DNA of 64,000 nt from an uncultured Candidatus Saccharibacteria bacterium (GTDB lineage: Bacteria > Patescibacteriota > Saccharimonadia > Saccharimonadales > EFPC-124). Numbering within the stretch: position 1 is the stretch's first letter; the number at the start of each line of letters is the position of its first letter. Made by a program: the position numbers and the translations under genes. Of this stretch, positions 56,340 through 64,000 are shown piece after piece. The notes beneath the pieces were generated by a model. It was not told the DNA's origin. It saw nothing but the letters and a program-made list of their open reading frames with translations, and did not search any database. The DNA lies in contig CAYOML010000003.1 of the NCBI GenBank assembly GCA_964405095.1, forward strand, positions 11,072 through 75,071. The letters run 5' to 3'.

Positions 56340-57086
56340 TTATTTTTTAGTTGGGGGGTGATACTTTGCGAACAATTTTCGGTGTTTGGTAACGGTTTTG
56401 GGCCAAATACGCAGTCGCCACAAACTATTGCTTGGCGGTTCGAAAAAGGTGCGTCTGGCTACGCTGGCGGTTAACTGTGTACTATATAAAACCTCACCGT
56501 ATTTGGCGACGTGCAACGCCAGATCCATATCTTCATGTACTGCCCGGCTGTTGAGGCAGACCTCTTTTTTAACACGTTGCCAAGCCTTTTTGGTAATTAG
56601 CATATTCGCACCAAATAAGGCGTGGTGGCCCAGCATTAATTTAGAGACTTTAAAGTAGCCGTGTTTTACAACCAACCTGCCTATAAGTTTTCTGCCGAGA
56701 CCGGGCGGTAAATCGTGGATATGTGATGGTGGGCCAGATAGGGCAGTGATTGTTTTGGCGTGTTGATCCATAAGTTTGTGGGCAATGGCTATCCAGTCGG
56801 GCGGCAATTGGGTGTCGGCGTCGAGCCGGGCAATAAGTTCGCTGGTTGCTTCGTTGAAGCCGCGGTTACGAGCTGGCGCTATGCCTTGCGCAGATTCGCG
56901 CAGCAACCTTACAAACGGAAATGAGGCGGCGATGACGGCCGTTTTGTCGGTTGAGTTATTATCAACCACAATAACTTCATCCGGTGCGACCGTTTGACGG
57001 GCAATCGATTCCAAACAGCCACCGATGTATTTTTCCTCGTTGTAGGCGGGAATTACAATCGCGAGTCCGGGTTTTGATGCTGCCAT
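56340..57086 (-). CDS. glycosyltransferase family 2
   Basis: 248 aa. VIPAYNEEKYI; VIVVDNNSTDKT; DAD motif (ARLDADT). Confidence 0.85.
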   Translation of the reverse strand: MAASKPGLAIVIPAYNEEKYIGGCLESIARQTVAPDEVIVVDNNSTDKTAVIAASFPFVRLLRESAQGIAPARNRGFNEATSELIARLDADTQLPPDWIAIAHKLMDQHAKTITALSGPPSHIHDLPPGLGRKLIGRLVVKHGYFKVSKLMLGHHALFGANMLITKKAWQRVKKEVCLNSRAVHEDMDLALHVAKYGEVLYSTQLTASVARRTFFEPPSNSLWRLRIWPKTVTKHRKLFAKYHPPTKK

Positions 57087-57153
57087 ATATAAGTGCAGTA
57101 TACCAAAATCTGTATCTTGTACGATCTGTCATAATCTGCTAAGATAAGCCACG

Positions 57154-57420
57154 ATGATTACTAAAGAGACCAAAGCCAAGGTGATCGAGAGTGTGCAAAC
57201 GCACAAAACTGATGTCGGCTCTACAGAAACGCAGGTTGCAGTTTTAACCGCGCGTATTAAAGAGGTTACCGAACACCTGCAGGCTCACAAGCATGATAAC
57301 CACGGTCGCCGTGGGCTGTTGCAAATGGTTGGCCGGCGCAAACGCCTGCTCAAGTATCTGTCAACGAAGAATTACGAGGCCTACCAAGGCTTGATCGCGA
57401 AGCTAGGGCTGCGCAAGTAA
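57154..57420 (+). CDS. rpsO: 30S ribosomal protein S15
   Basis: 88 aa. TDVGSTETQVAVLTARI..HL..HKHDNHGRRGLL. Confidence 0.95.
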   Translation: MITKETKAKVIESVQTHKTDVGSTETQVAVLTARIKEVTEHLQAHKHDNHGRRGLLQMVGRRKRLLKYLSTKNYEAYQGLIAKLGLRK

Positions 57421-57478
57421 GCGGCCCTCGTTCTTTAATTAAGGTATAATTTTTGTAGCACCCATTTATAACTAATAT

Positions 57479-57535
57479 GCGTGTGGTGGATTGGTTTGCG
57501 CAAAGGTAATTTGCACAAAGTAACCCGTTACACGC
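57479..57535 (+). promoter_or_regulatory. pnp 5' leader hairpin (candidate processing or autoregulation site)
   Basis: gcgtgt/acacgc closes an inner stem tttgcgcaaa-ggtaa-tttgcacaaa. A TATAAT at 57445..57450 would give a ~100-nt leader. Confidence 0.35.
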
Positions 57536-57556
57536 CCACATGGGTGCCAGAAAGGA

Positions 57557-59677
57557 ATGATCATGGGAGATATTATTAACCCTTTTGGTAAGGATATTAT
57601 TAAGGTAGAAACCGAATTTTGCGGCCGCCTTTTGAGTTTGGAGGTTAACCGAGTAGGCTTCCGTACCAACGCCAGTGTTTTGGTACGCTATGGTGACACG
57701 GTGGTGCTTGGTACTGCTATGGTGGGCAACAAACCGGTTCCCTCCGACTACTTTCCCCTGAGCATCGATTACGAAGAGCGTTTTTATGCCGCCGGCAAGA
57801 TTAGCGGCAGCCGTTTTATTAAGCGCGAAGGCCGCCCCAGCGACGACGCCATCTTAATCGGCCGTCTAATCGACCGCCCAATCCGCCCATTGTGGCCAAA
57901 AGGCTACCGCCACGAAGCTCAAGGTATTGCCACGGTTCTTAGCATGGACCCAGCCTTCCGCCCCGACATGGTGGCGATGATCGCCGTAAGTGCCGCCTTT
58001 ATGTTAACTGGCGCGCCATTTGAAGGCCCGGTAGCTGGTGTGCGTGTTGGCCTGGTTGGCGGCAAACCGCAAGCCTTTATGTCGATGGCCGATCTTAACG
58101 ACAACGATCTTGATTTGGTTGTAGCCGGTACTGACAAGGCGATTATGATGGTTGAAGCCGGCGCCAAAGAGGTGAGCGAAGAACTCGTTACCGAGGCCCT
58201 TAAATATGCTCACGACGCTATCCAACCGGCTATTAAGCTGCAGCAAGAATTAGTTAAAAAAGTTGGTGTTAAACCTCAAGAATACGAACTTAGTCTGCCA
58301 AGCGAAGACATCCAAAAAGAAGTCAACGCCCATTTGGCAGGCAAAATGGGTGCCAAACTGCGCACCAACTACCCCGAGCGCCACGAAAAAATGCATGTAC
58401 TGCGCGAAGACGTACTGGCTTACTTTAAAGACAAGCTCGGCGAAGAAGCCTTTGAGCTAGCCAAAGCCGATTACGAAGAAGCTTGGGACAAAGCTGCCAA
58501 CCAGGACGTTCGCCAGGGAATTTTGGATGACGGCTTGCGCCCTGATGGTCGCAAAGTCACCGAAATCCGCCAGCTCAGTTCCCAAGTCGGTTTCTTACCT
58601 CGCGCCCACGGCTCCAGCCTATTTACCCGTGGTATTACCCAGGGTATGAACATTGTTACTTTGGCACCACTAAGTCGTTCTCAAATGATCGACACCATGG
58701 AGCGCGACGAAGAAAAACGCTACATGCACCACTACAACGCCCCTGGCTATACAATTGGTGAAATCCGCCGTTTGGGCAGCCCAGGCCGGCGTGAAATTGG
58801 TCATAGTTATCTGGCCGAGCGCGCTTTACAAGCGGTTATCCCAAGCGCCGAAGATTTCCCGTACGCCATCCGCAGCGTTACCGAAATCATGAGCCAGCAC
58901 GGTAGCACCAGCATGGCTGCTACTTGCAGCAGTTGTTTGGCGCTGATGGACGCCGGTGTGCCATTGACCGCTCCGGTTAGCGGCATTGCCATGGGTCTGA
59001 TGAAAGATGGCGACAAAGTGGTAATTTTAAGCGATATCGCCGATGCTGAAGACTTTGCCGGCGACATGGACTTTAAAGTCACCGGTACTGCCAAAGGCAT
59101 CACGGCTTTGCAAATGGATATGAAAGTCCATGGGCTTGGAATCGACGTGCTCAAACAGGCCCTTATGCAAGGCAAAGAGGGTCGCGCTAAGATTTTAGAG
59201 CACATGCTAAGCGTGCTGCCAGAACCTCGTAAAGAACTCAGCCCGTACGCTCCGCGCATCGAAAAACTGATGATCAAGCCCGAGAAGATCCGCGAAGTCA
59301 TTGGCAAGGGCGGGGAAGTGATTAACAAGATCATTGCCGAAACTGGCGCCGAGATCGACATTAACGATGACGGCCTGGTAACCATTGCCGCCATCGACGG
59401 CGAAGCCATTAAAGCCGCTATGAAGATGATCCAGGATATTGTCGCCGAGCCCGAAGTCGGTAAAATCTACGACGGCGTTGTGGTAAAAATCATGGAATTC
59501 GGCGCATTTGTGAACATAATGCCTGGTAAAGATGGTTTGGTGCACATTAGCCAAATCAGCGACAAGCGAATCGAAAAAGTCACAGACGTGCTTAATGAGG
59601 GTGACGAAGTTAAGGTCAAACTAACCGCCATCGACGACCAAGGCCGTCTGAATCTGAGCATGAAAGACGCCAAGTAA
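57557..59677 (+). CDS. pnp: polyribonucleotide nucleotidyltransferase (PNPase)
   Basis: 706 aa with two RNase PH domains, KH and S1 (GKIYDGVVVKIMEFGAFV). Lies downstream of rpsO, as in most bacteria. Confidence 0.96.
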   Translation: MIMGDIINPFGKDIIKVETEFCGRLLSLEVNRVGFRTNASVLVRYGDTVVLGTAMVGNKPVPSDYFPLSIDYEERFYAAGKISGSRFIKREGRPSDDAILIGRLIDRPIRPLWPKGYRHEAQGIATVLSMDPAFRPDMVAMIAVSAAFMLTGAPFEGPVAGVRVGLVGGKPQAFMSMADLNDNDLDLVVAGTDKAIMMVEAGAKEVSEELVTEALKYAHDAIQPAIKLQQELVKKVGVKPQEYELSLPSEDIQKEVNAHLAGKMGAKLRTNYPERHEKMHVLREDVLAYFKDKLGEEAFELAKADYEEAWDKAANQDVRQGILDDGLRPDGRKVTEIRQLSSQVGFLPRAHGSSLFTRGITQGMNIVTLAPLSRSQMIDTMERDEEKRYMHHYNAPGYTIGEIRRLGSPGRREIGHSYLAERALQAVIPSAEDFPYAIRSVTEIMSQHGSTSMAATCSSCLALMDAGVPLTAPVSGIAMGLMKDGDKVVILSDIADAEDFAGDMDFKVTGTAKGITALQMDMKVHGLGIDVLKQALMQGKEGRAKILEHMLSVLPEPRKELSPYAPRIEKLMIKPEKIREVIGKGGEVINKIIAETGAEIDINDDGLVTIAAIDGEAIKAAMKMIQDIVAEPEVGKIYDGVVVKIMEFGAFVNIMPGKDGLVHISQISDKRIEKVTDVLNEGDEVKVKLTAIDDQGRLNLSMKDAK

Positions 59678-59791
59678 GCAACTAGACTAAGCTTACCGGA
59701 ATGGATGGCGTTAACATGCAATACTATTGTACTATCTGCCATATTATGATATCATCTCATAATCATAGGCAAATGAGAGGAACAATATCGT

Positions 59792-60388
59792 ATGCCAACA
59801 CCCGCAAATAGATCACAATCGGACTCCGCACCAACCCCGGCGCCAGCCGAAGCGTCACAATCACAAGAAGATAGGGACAGGGAAGATATACTTCCCGTCA
59901 AGCTGTTTCTAGATGGTGTTGAGCTTGGTGCAGCTGCGGTTTACGCCGCGATTTCCGTCGGCCAGTCAGTGACTGATAGATTGCGTCCAGCCCGGGCAGC
60001 GGCGCACCACGAGGCTGCAGCCGCTCACAATACTGCCGCCAACAACCTGACAACTGATATTACTGAGCTATATCCGAAACTCGAACAACCGGGGATAGGT
60101 GGCGCCTTTAAAGCTCACTTTAGTGTGGTGCGTTCTATACGAGGCGCCGCTGCCGAAAGAACCAGGCAGCGGGCTGGGGCAGCCGAGGAGACAGCCACAG
60201 CCGAACGTGTAGGTAGACTACGTGCGCCAACCAGTCGGGCCGCAGCCCGGTTGGCCCTCCGAAGCATCCGTGGCCGCCATAGCAGTCAGCCGTCCGTACC
60301 GCAGCCAGCAATCTCCCAGAGCCGTCCCACACCACCAGCACGGGGTTCTTCGCGGCCAGCTCCCAGACCGGCGACCCGGGCTAGATAA
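59792..60388 (+). CDS. hypothetical Ala/Arg/Pro-rich protein (coding status uncertain)
   Basis: 198 aa. GAGAGGA SD-like sequence upstream. Low-complexity, GC-rich. Confidence 0.35.
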   Translation: MPTPANRSQSDSAPTPAPAEASQSQEDRDREDILPVKLFLDGVELGAAAVYAAISVGQSVTDRLRPARAAAHHEAAAAHNTAANNLTTDITELYPKLEQPGIGGAFKAHFSVVRSIRGAAAERTRQRAGAAEETATAERVGRLRAPTSRAAARLALRSIRGRHSSQPSVPQPAISQSRPTPPARGSSRPAPRPATRAR

Positions 60389-60560
60389 ATAAATCATCCT
60401 CGTCGCCCGCTTGCTTAGGGGCAGTATCTTCTGTCTGAGTTCTTTTGGTGGTGTCCTATTAACGCTTTAGAGCGTGACAAATCACTCGTGGCGTGCTATA
60501 ATGCATGTAATATCATCGTAAAACCGATGCCGCCTCGTTGTTACACTACTATCTTTGTTC

Positions 60561-61139
60561 ATGAATCAACAAGACAAACAAAAGCATCTCGACCAGATAA
60601 AAGCAGATATTCTTAAAAATAATGTCTGCGAACATTTGGCCAAGACCGCCAAGAACCTTGTGATGGGCGAGGGGAACCTCGATGCCGATATTGTGTTTAT
60701 CGGTGAGGCGCCAGGTAAAAATGAAGACGAGCAGGGGCGGCCGTTTGTGGGAGCCGCTGGCAAGTTTTTAGACGAGATGCTGGCCGAAGCTGGGCTAAAA
60801 CGCAAGGAAGTGTACATTACCAACATTGTTAAATACCGCCCGCCAAATAACCGCGACCCCGAACCAGATGAAAAAGAGGCATTTTGGCCGTACTTACTGC
60901 GCCAACTTAAAGTGATCAACCCCAAATTGGTGGTCACCTTAGGCCGGCACAGTATGGAGTACTTTTTACCCAGCCAAAAGATCAGCCAGATCCACGGCCA
61001 GCCTAAACGCAACGGTGACCTGGTGGTCATGCCGCTGTTTCACCCAGCCGCCGCGTTATATAACGGCGGTATGCGCCAAACGCTTATAGAGGATTTTATG
61101 AAATTACCAATTGTACTCAAGAAACTTGAAAGGAAATAA
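60561..61139 (+). CDS. uracil-DNA glycosylase, family 4
   Basis: 192 aa from MNQQDK. GEGNLDADIVFIGEAPG and HPAAALY motifs. Confidence 0.85.
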   Translation: MNQQDKQKHLDQIKADILKNNVCEHLAKTAKNLVMGEGNLDADIVFIGEAPGKNEDEQGRPFVGAAGKFLDEMLAEAGLKRKEVYITNIVKYRPPNNRDPEPDEKEAFWPYLLRQLKVINPKLVVTLGRHSMEYFLPSQKISQIHGQPKRNGDLVVMPLFHPAAALYNGGMRQTLIEDFMKLPIVLKKLERK

Positions 61140-61149
61140 TTAACAAAGA

Positions 61150-63279
61150 ATGAATAAATTTAATAACCAACCACGCGGTGAAAACCGCGAACAGAACCAA
61201 AATCAAAACCAAAAACAAAACCGCCGCCCAGGCAATCAGCCAGGCGAACGACGTCCGCAGATACAGAAATCGGATAACACGGTACTGGCTAAAACCCAGA
61301 CTCGCCGCGGTGAAGTGCAGCGGGCAACGAGGCGCACTAGTGAAAATGTAAACTTACAAGCTAGCCAGCATGTTATTGACGTGCCAGTTAACAAATCGTT
61401 GTTTAATGGCTATGGCGGTCAGCAATTTACGCTGAATATGCAAAAAACGATTCCCAGGCGCGAGGGTAAAACACTGCGCGTCATACCAATTGGCGGTGTC
61501 GGCGAAATGGGCATTGGCAAAAACATGACGGCCATTGAATACGATAACGACATCATAGTTATAGATATGGGCTTTATGTTCCCTGGTTCCGATTACCCTG
61601 GCATTAACTATATTGTGCCGGATATCAGCTGGCTGGAAGAGCGCAAGGACCGTATTCGCGGCATCATATTTACCCACGGTCACCTCGACCACATTGGCGC
61701 CGTACGGCACTTGCTGCATAAAATTCCGGCTCCGGTTTACGGCGGTAAATTTACGCTGGCGATGGTGGAGCGCATGATGGAAGAGTCTGATACTAACTAT
61801 CGGCCTATCTATAACATCATGAACCCTGAAGCGCACGACCGAGTGCAGCTTGGTAGTAGTTTTGGCATCGAACTGGTACGCGTTAACCACTCCATCCCCG
61901 ATGCTACAGCCGTGATAATCCGCACTCCTGTTGGCGTGCTGTTAAACACCGGTGACTGGCGCTTTGAAGACAATCCGGTTGACGGCATCAAATTTGACCT
62001 GCCGCGCCTGGAACAGATTGCTCGCGAAGAAAAAATCTTACTGATGATGAATGAAAGCACCAACTGCGAAGATGCAGGCAGCCACCAACACGGTGAGTTC
62101 GATATCAAAACCAGCATTGGCCAAATTATGGACCATCACCAAAACAGCCGGTTAATAATCAGCTGTTTTAGTAGTCAGATTCACCGTATCCAGGTAATTT
62201 TGGAAGAAGCCAAGGTTCATGGTCGTAAGGTTGCTATTGCCGGCTACAGCATGATCCAGAACATGGAAGTCGCGCTGCGCAGCGGCGTGGTCAAGATCCC
62301 GCAAGATGTAATTGTGCGCATGGAAGACCTGATCAAACTGCCTGATGGCAAAGCTGTGGTTGTGGCCACTGGTAGCCAGGGCGAGTTCAGCGCCGTGCTA
62401 AATCGTATGGCTAACGGCTCGCATAAGTTCCTGAAGGTTAAACACACAGATGTAATTGTCTTTAGTTCAAGTGTGATTCCTGGCAACGACAAATACATCG
62501 TGCGCACTGTTGATAATCTGATGCGCGAAGGCTCAGACGTCATCCAAGACCGCAAAACCCATCTTGATGGTTGTGGCCGTATCCACCTGAGTGGCCATGC
62601 GTATTATGATGACCACGTAAAATTGGTTAACGCTATCAAACCCAAATACTACATGCCAATCCACGGCGAGTTCCACATGCTAGTGCACAACGCTGAACTG
62701 GCCGAAAAAGAAGCCGGTATGCGACGCGAAAACATCTTTGTCTGTGACGCTGGTGACATAATTGAGCTTGACGCAAACGGTTTGGCCCGTAAAGCCGGCC
62801 GCATCCCAGTCGGTGGCATCATGTATGATGATGCCGGCGAAGAGGTGAGCGAGGTGGTTCTAAAAGACCGCATCCACATGGCCAACGAAGGTATGTTTAT
62901 TGTGGTATTAACAGTTAGTCGCCAGACCGGGCGTCTGCTAACCAGCCCCGATATTGTCAGCCGCGGTTTCATTTACCTGCGCGATAGCGAAGAGTTAATG
63001 AATACCATCCGCAGCTACCTCAAGCAAAAAGTGGCTCGCGGCTTTATTGGCCGTAAAGTCGACCTTGATGCCCTCAAAAAAGAGCTAAAAGACGAACTAA
63101 CTCACGTGTTATATGACCTAACCCATCGCACGCCAATCGTCATTCCGGTGGTAAACGAGATCAACACCACAGCCAGCGGTCAAATTCAGCCTCAGCCCGA
63201 AACCGCCGCTCCAGCCACGCCATTTGTGCCGAACCTGCCTACCCCCGCCCGTAAAGAGCATATTGGTAGCGGCTATTAA
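61150..63279 (+). CDS. rnj: ribonuclease J with ~100-aa Q/N/R-rich N-terminal extension
   Basis: 709 aa. Metallo-beta-lactamase THGHLDHIG; beta-CASP; HLSGHA. Confidence 0.92.
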   Translation: MNKFNNQPRGENREQNQNQNQKQNRRPGNQPGERRPQIQKSDNTVLAKTQTRRGEVQRATRRTSENVNLQASQHVIDVPVNKSLFNGYGGQQFTLNMQKTIPRREGKTLRVIPIGGVGEMGIGKNMTAIEYDNDIIVIDMGFMFPGSDYPGINYIVPDISWLEERKDRIRGIIFTHGHLDHIGAVRHLLHKIPAPVYGGKFTLAMVERMMEESDTNYRPIYNIMNPEAHDRVQLGSSFGIELVRVNHSIPDATAVIIRTPVGVLLNTGDWRFEDNPVDGIKFDLPRLEQIAREEKILLMMNESTNCEDAGSHQHGEFDIKTSIGQIMDHHQNSRLIISCFSSQIHRIQVILEEAKVHGRKVAIAGYSMIQNMEVALRSGVVKIPQDVIVRMEDLIKLPDGKAVVVATGSQGEFSAVLNRMANGSHKFLKVKHTDVIVFSSSVIPGNDKYIVRTVDNLMREGSDVIQDRKTHLDGCGRIHLSGHAYYDDHVKLVNAIKPKYYMPIHGEFHMLVHNAELAEKEAGMRRENIFVCDAGDIIELDANGLARKAGRIPVGGIMYDDAGEEVSEVVLKDRIHMANEGMFIVVLTVSRQTGRLLTSPDIVSRGFIYLRDSEELMNTIRSYLKQKVARGFIGRKVDLDALKKELKDELTHVLYDLTHRTPIVIPVVNEINTTASGQIQPQPETAAPATPFVPNLPTPARKEHIGSGY

Positions 63280-63294
63280 GGTATAGTGGTGGCA

Positions 63295-64000
63295 GTGAGT
63301 CTAAAGCAACCTGTCATCACTGCGCGCAGCCTGACACTTGGGTACTTCCTATATACTGCTCTGGGACTTTTTGTCGCCGTATTCTTCTACGGGGCTGTAG
63401 CCGATGTCTATTTAGGAGGAAGCTCAGGAGTAATCTTTAGCCCCATATTTTTTCTCCTTGTGCCCGCAACCGGTATTCTAAGCAGTTTATTTGGCAGTAT
63501 TTGGCTAAGCAGGATACTTAAGGCACGTCAGCAGAAGCTGGCTGGCTATGCCGCCGAGCATAGCTATAAGTTTGATCCAAATACTACTCGTGCACAGGCC
63601 TTCAAAGTCGGCAGCCTCGACCAGATGCATAATGCCATAAACTCCAAGGCCAGCAATATTGTGGCCGGGGACGATTGGCTGTTCTATGACTTTTCTTACG
63701 AAGTCCAAAATCGAAATCGCCGCTTCAGCGGGCCAGATAAAGTCTATTATGGCGTAATGGTCACAAAGCTATCCAGAATGCTGCCACACTTGCTGTTTGA
63801 CTCACTTAGGTCTCGCAAGCGCCAGTTTAGGTTTGAATTTGTGCGCAGCCAGCGGTTGTCACTTGAAGGCGATTTTGACAAGCACTTTGTAACCTATGTT
63901 CCTGGAGATTACGAGGTCGACTCACTGAGCTTTATATCTCCCGATGTCATGTTGGCCTTACGCGACGCTGATCACTACGACATCGAGATTGTGGGCGACG
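63295..64000 (+). CDS. hypothetical membrane protein, N-terminal part (ORF runs off the window)
   Basis: The GTG at 63295 opens a stop-free frame to nt 64000. Two N-terminal TM helices, then a soluble region. It is absent from the ORF track because it has no stop. Confidence 0.45.
   Translation, partial: MSLKQPVITARSLTLGYFLYTALGLFVAVFFYGAVADVYLGGSSGVIFSPIFFLLVPATGILSSLFGSIWLSRILKARQQKLAGYAAEHSYKFDPNTTRAQAFKVGSLDQMHNAINSKASNIVAGDDWLFYDFSYEVQNRNRRFSGPDKVYYGVMVTKLSRMLPHLLFDSLRSRKRQFRFEFVRSQRLSLEGDFDKHFVTYVPGDYEVDSLSFISPDVMLALRDADHYDIEIVGD

Overview
Gene-dense, mostly housekeeping bacterial chromosome window with about 67 CDS and one tRNA-Ser. I found no rRNA, CRISPR array, transposase, integrase or reverse transcriptase. 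UGA is used as a stop codon, so the genetic code is standard. Recognisable genes fall into these groups. Cell wall and sugar activation: MurE, a degenerate MurE paralog, a FemAB-family enzyme, Alr, GlmS, two phosphohexomutases, PGI/PMI and a cupin. Replication and repair: DnaG, PolA, HolA, Fpg, Dut and a family-4 UDG. Transcription: two sigma-70 factors. RNA metabolism: PNPase, RNase J, Orn, TruB and TsaD. Others: GroES/GroEL under a CIRCE operator, PyrG, ArgS, MsrB, S15, S20, three ABC transporter modules, four NUDIX hydrolases and two HAD hydrolases. This gene content fits a reduced-genome Gram-positive-like lineage, possibly Patescibacteria/Saccharibacteria, but that is inference only. The least ordinary signal is not a protein. 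At least nine copies of four families of GC-rich, hairpin-forming interspersed elements (called A to D here) sit in the intergenic regions. Each has a conserved core enclosed by a closing stem whose sequence differs between copies but stays complementary. The modules are combined in a mosaic way. One copy (D2) lies in-frame inside polA. Secondary observations: a Mur ligase paralog that has lost its catalytic motifs, placed next to murE; a DHH-fold protein that has lost its catalytic motifs, fused to a proline-rich tail; a tandem pair of paralogous orphan proteins with a PD-(D/E)xK-like signature; an orphan pair of a TraB/Tiki-like protein and an HExxH protein; two primary-like sigma factors; and apparently leaderless promoters at many genes. 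All functional calls rest on motif recognition by eye, since no database search could be run.
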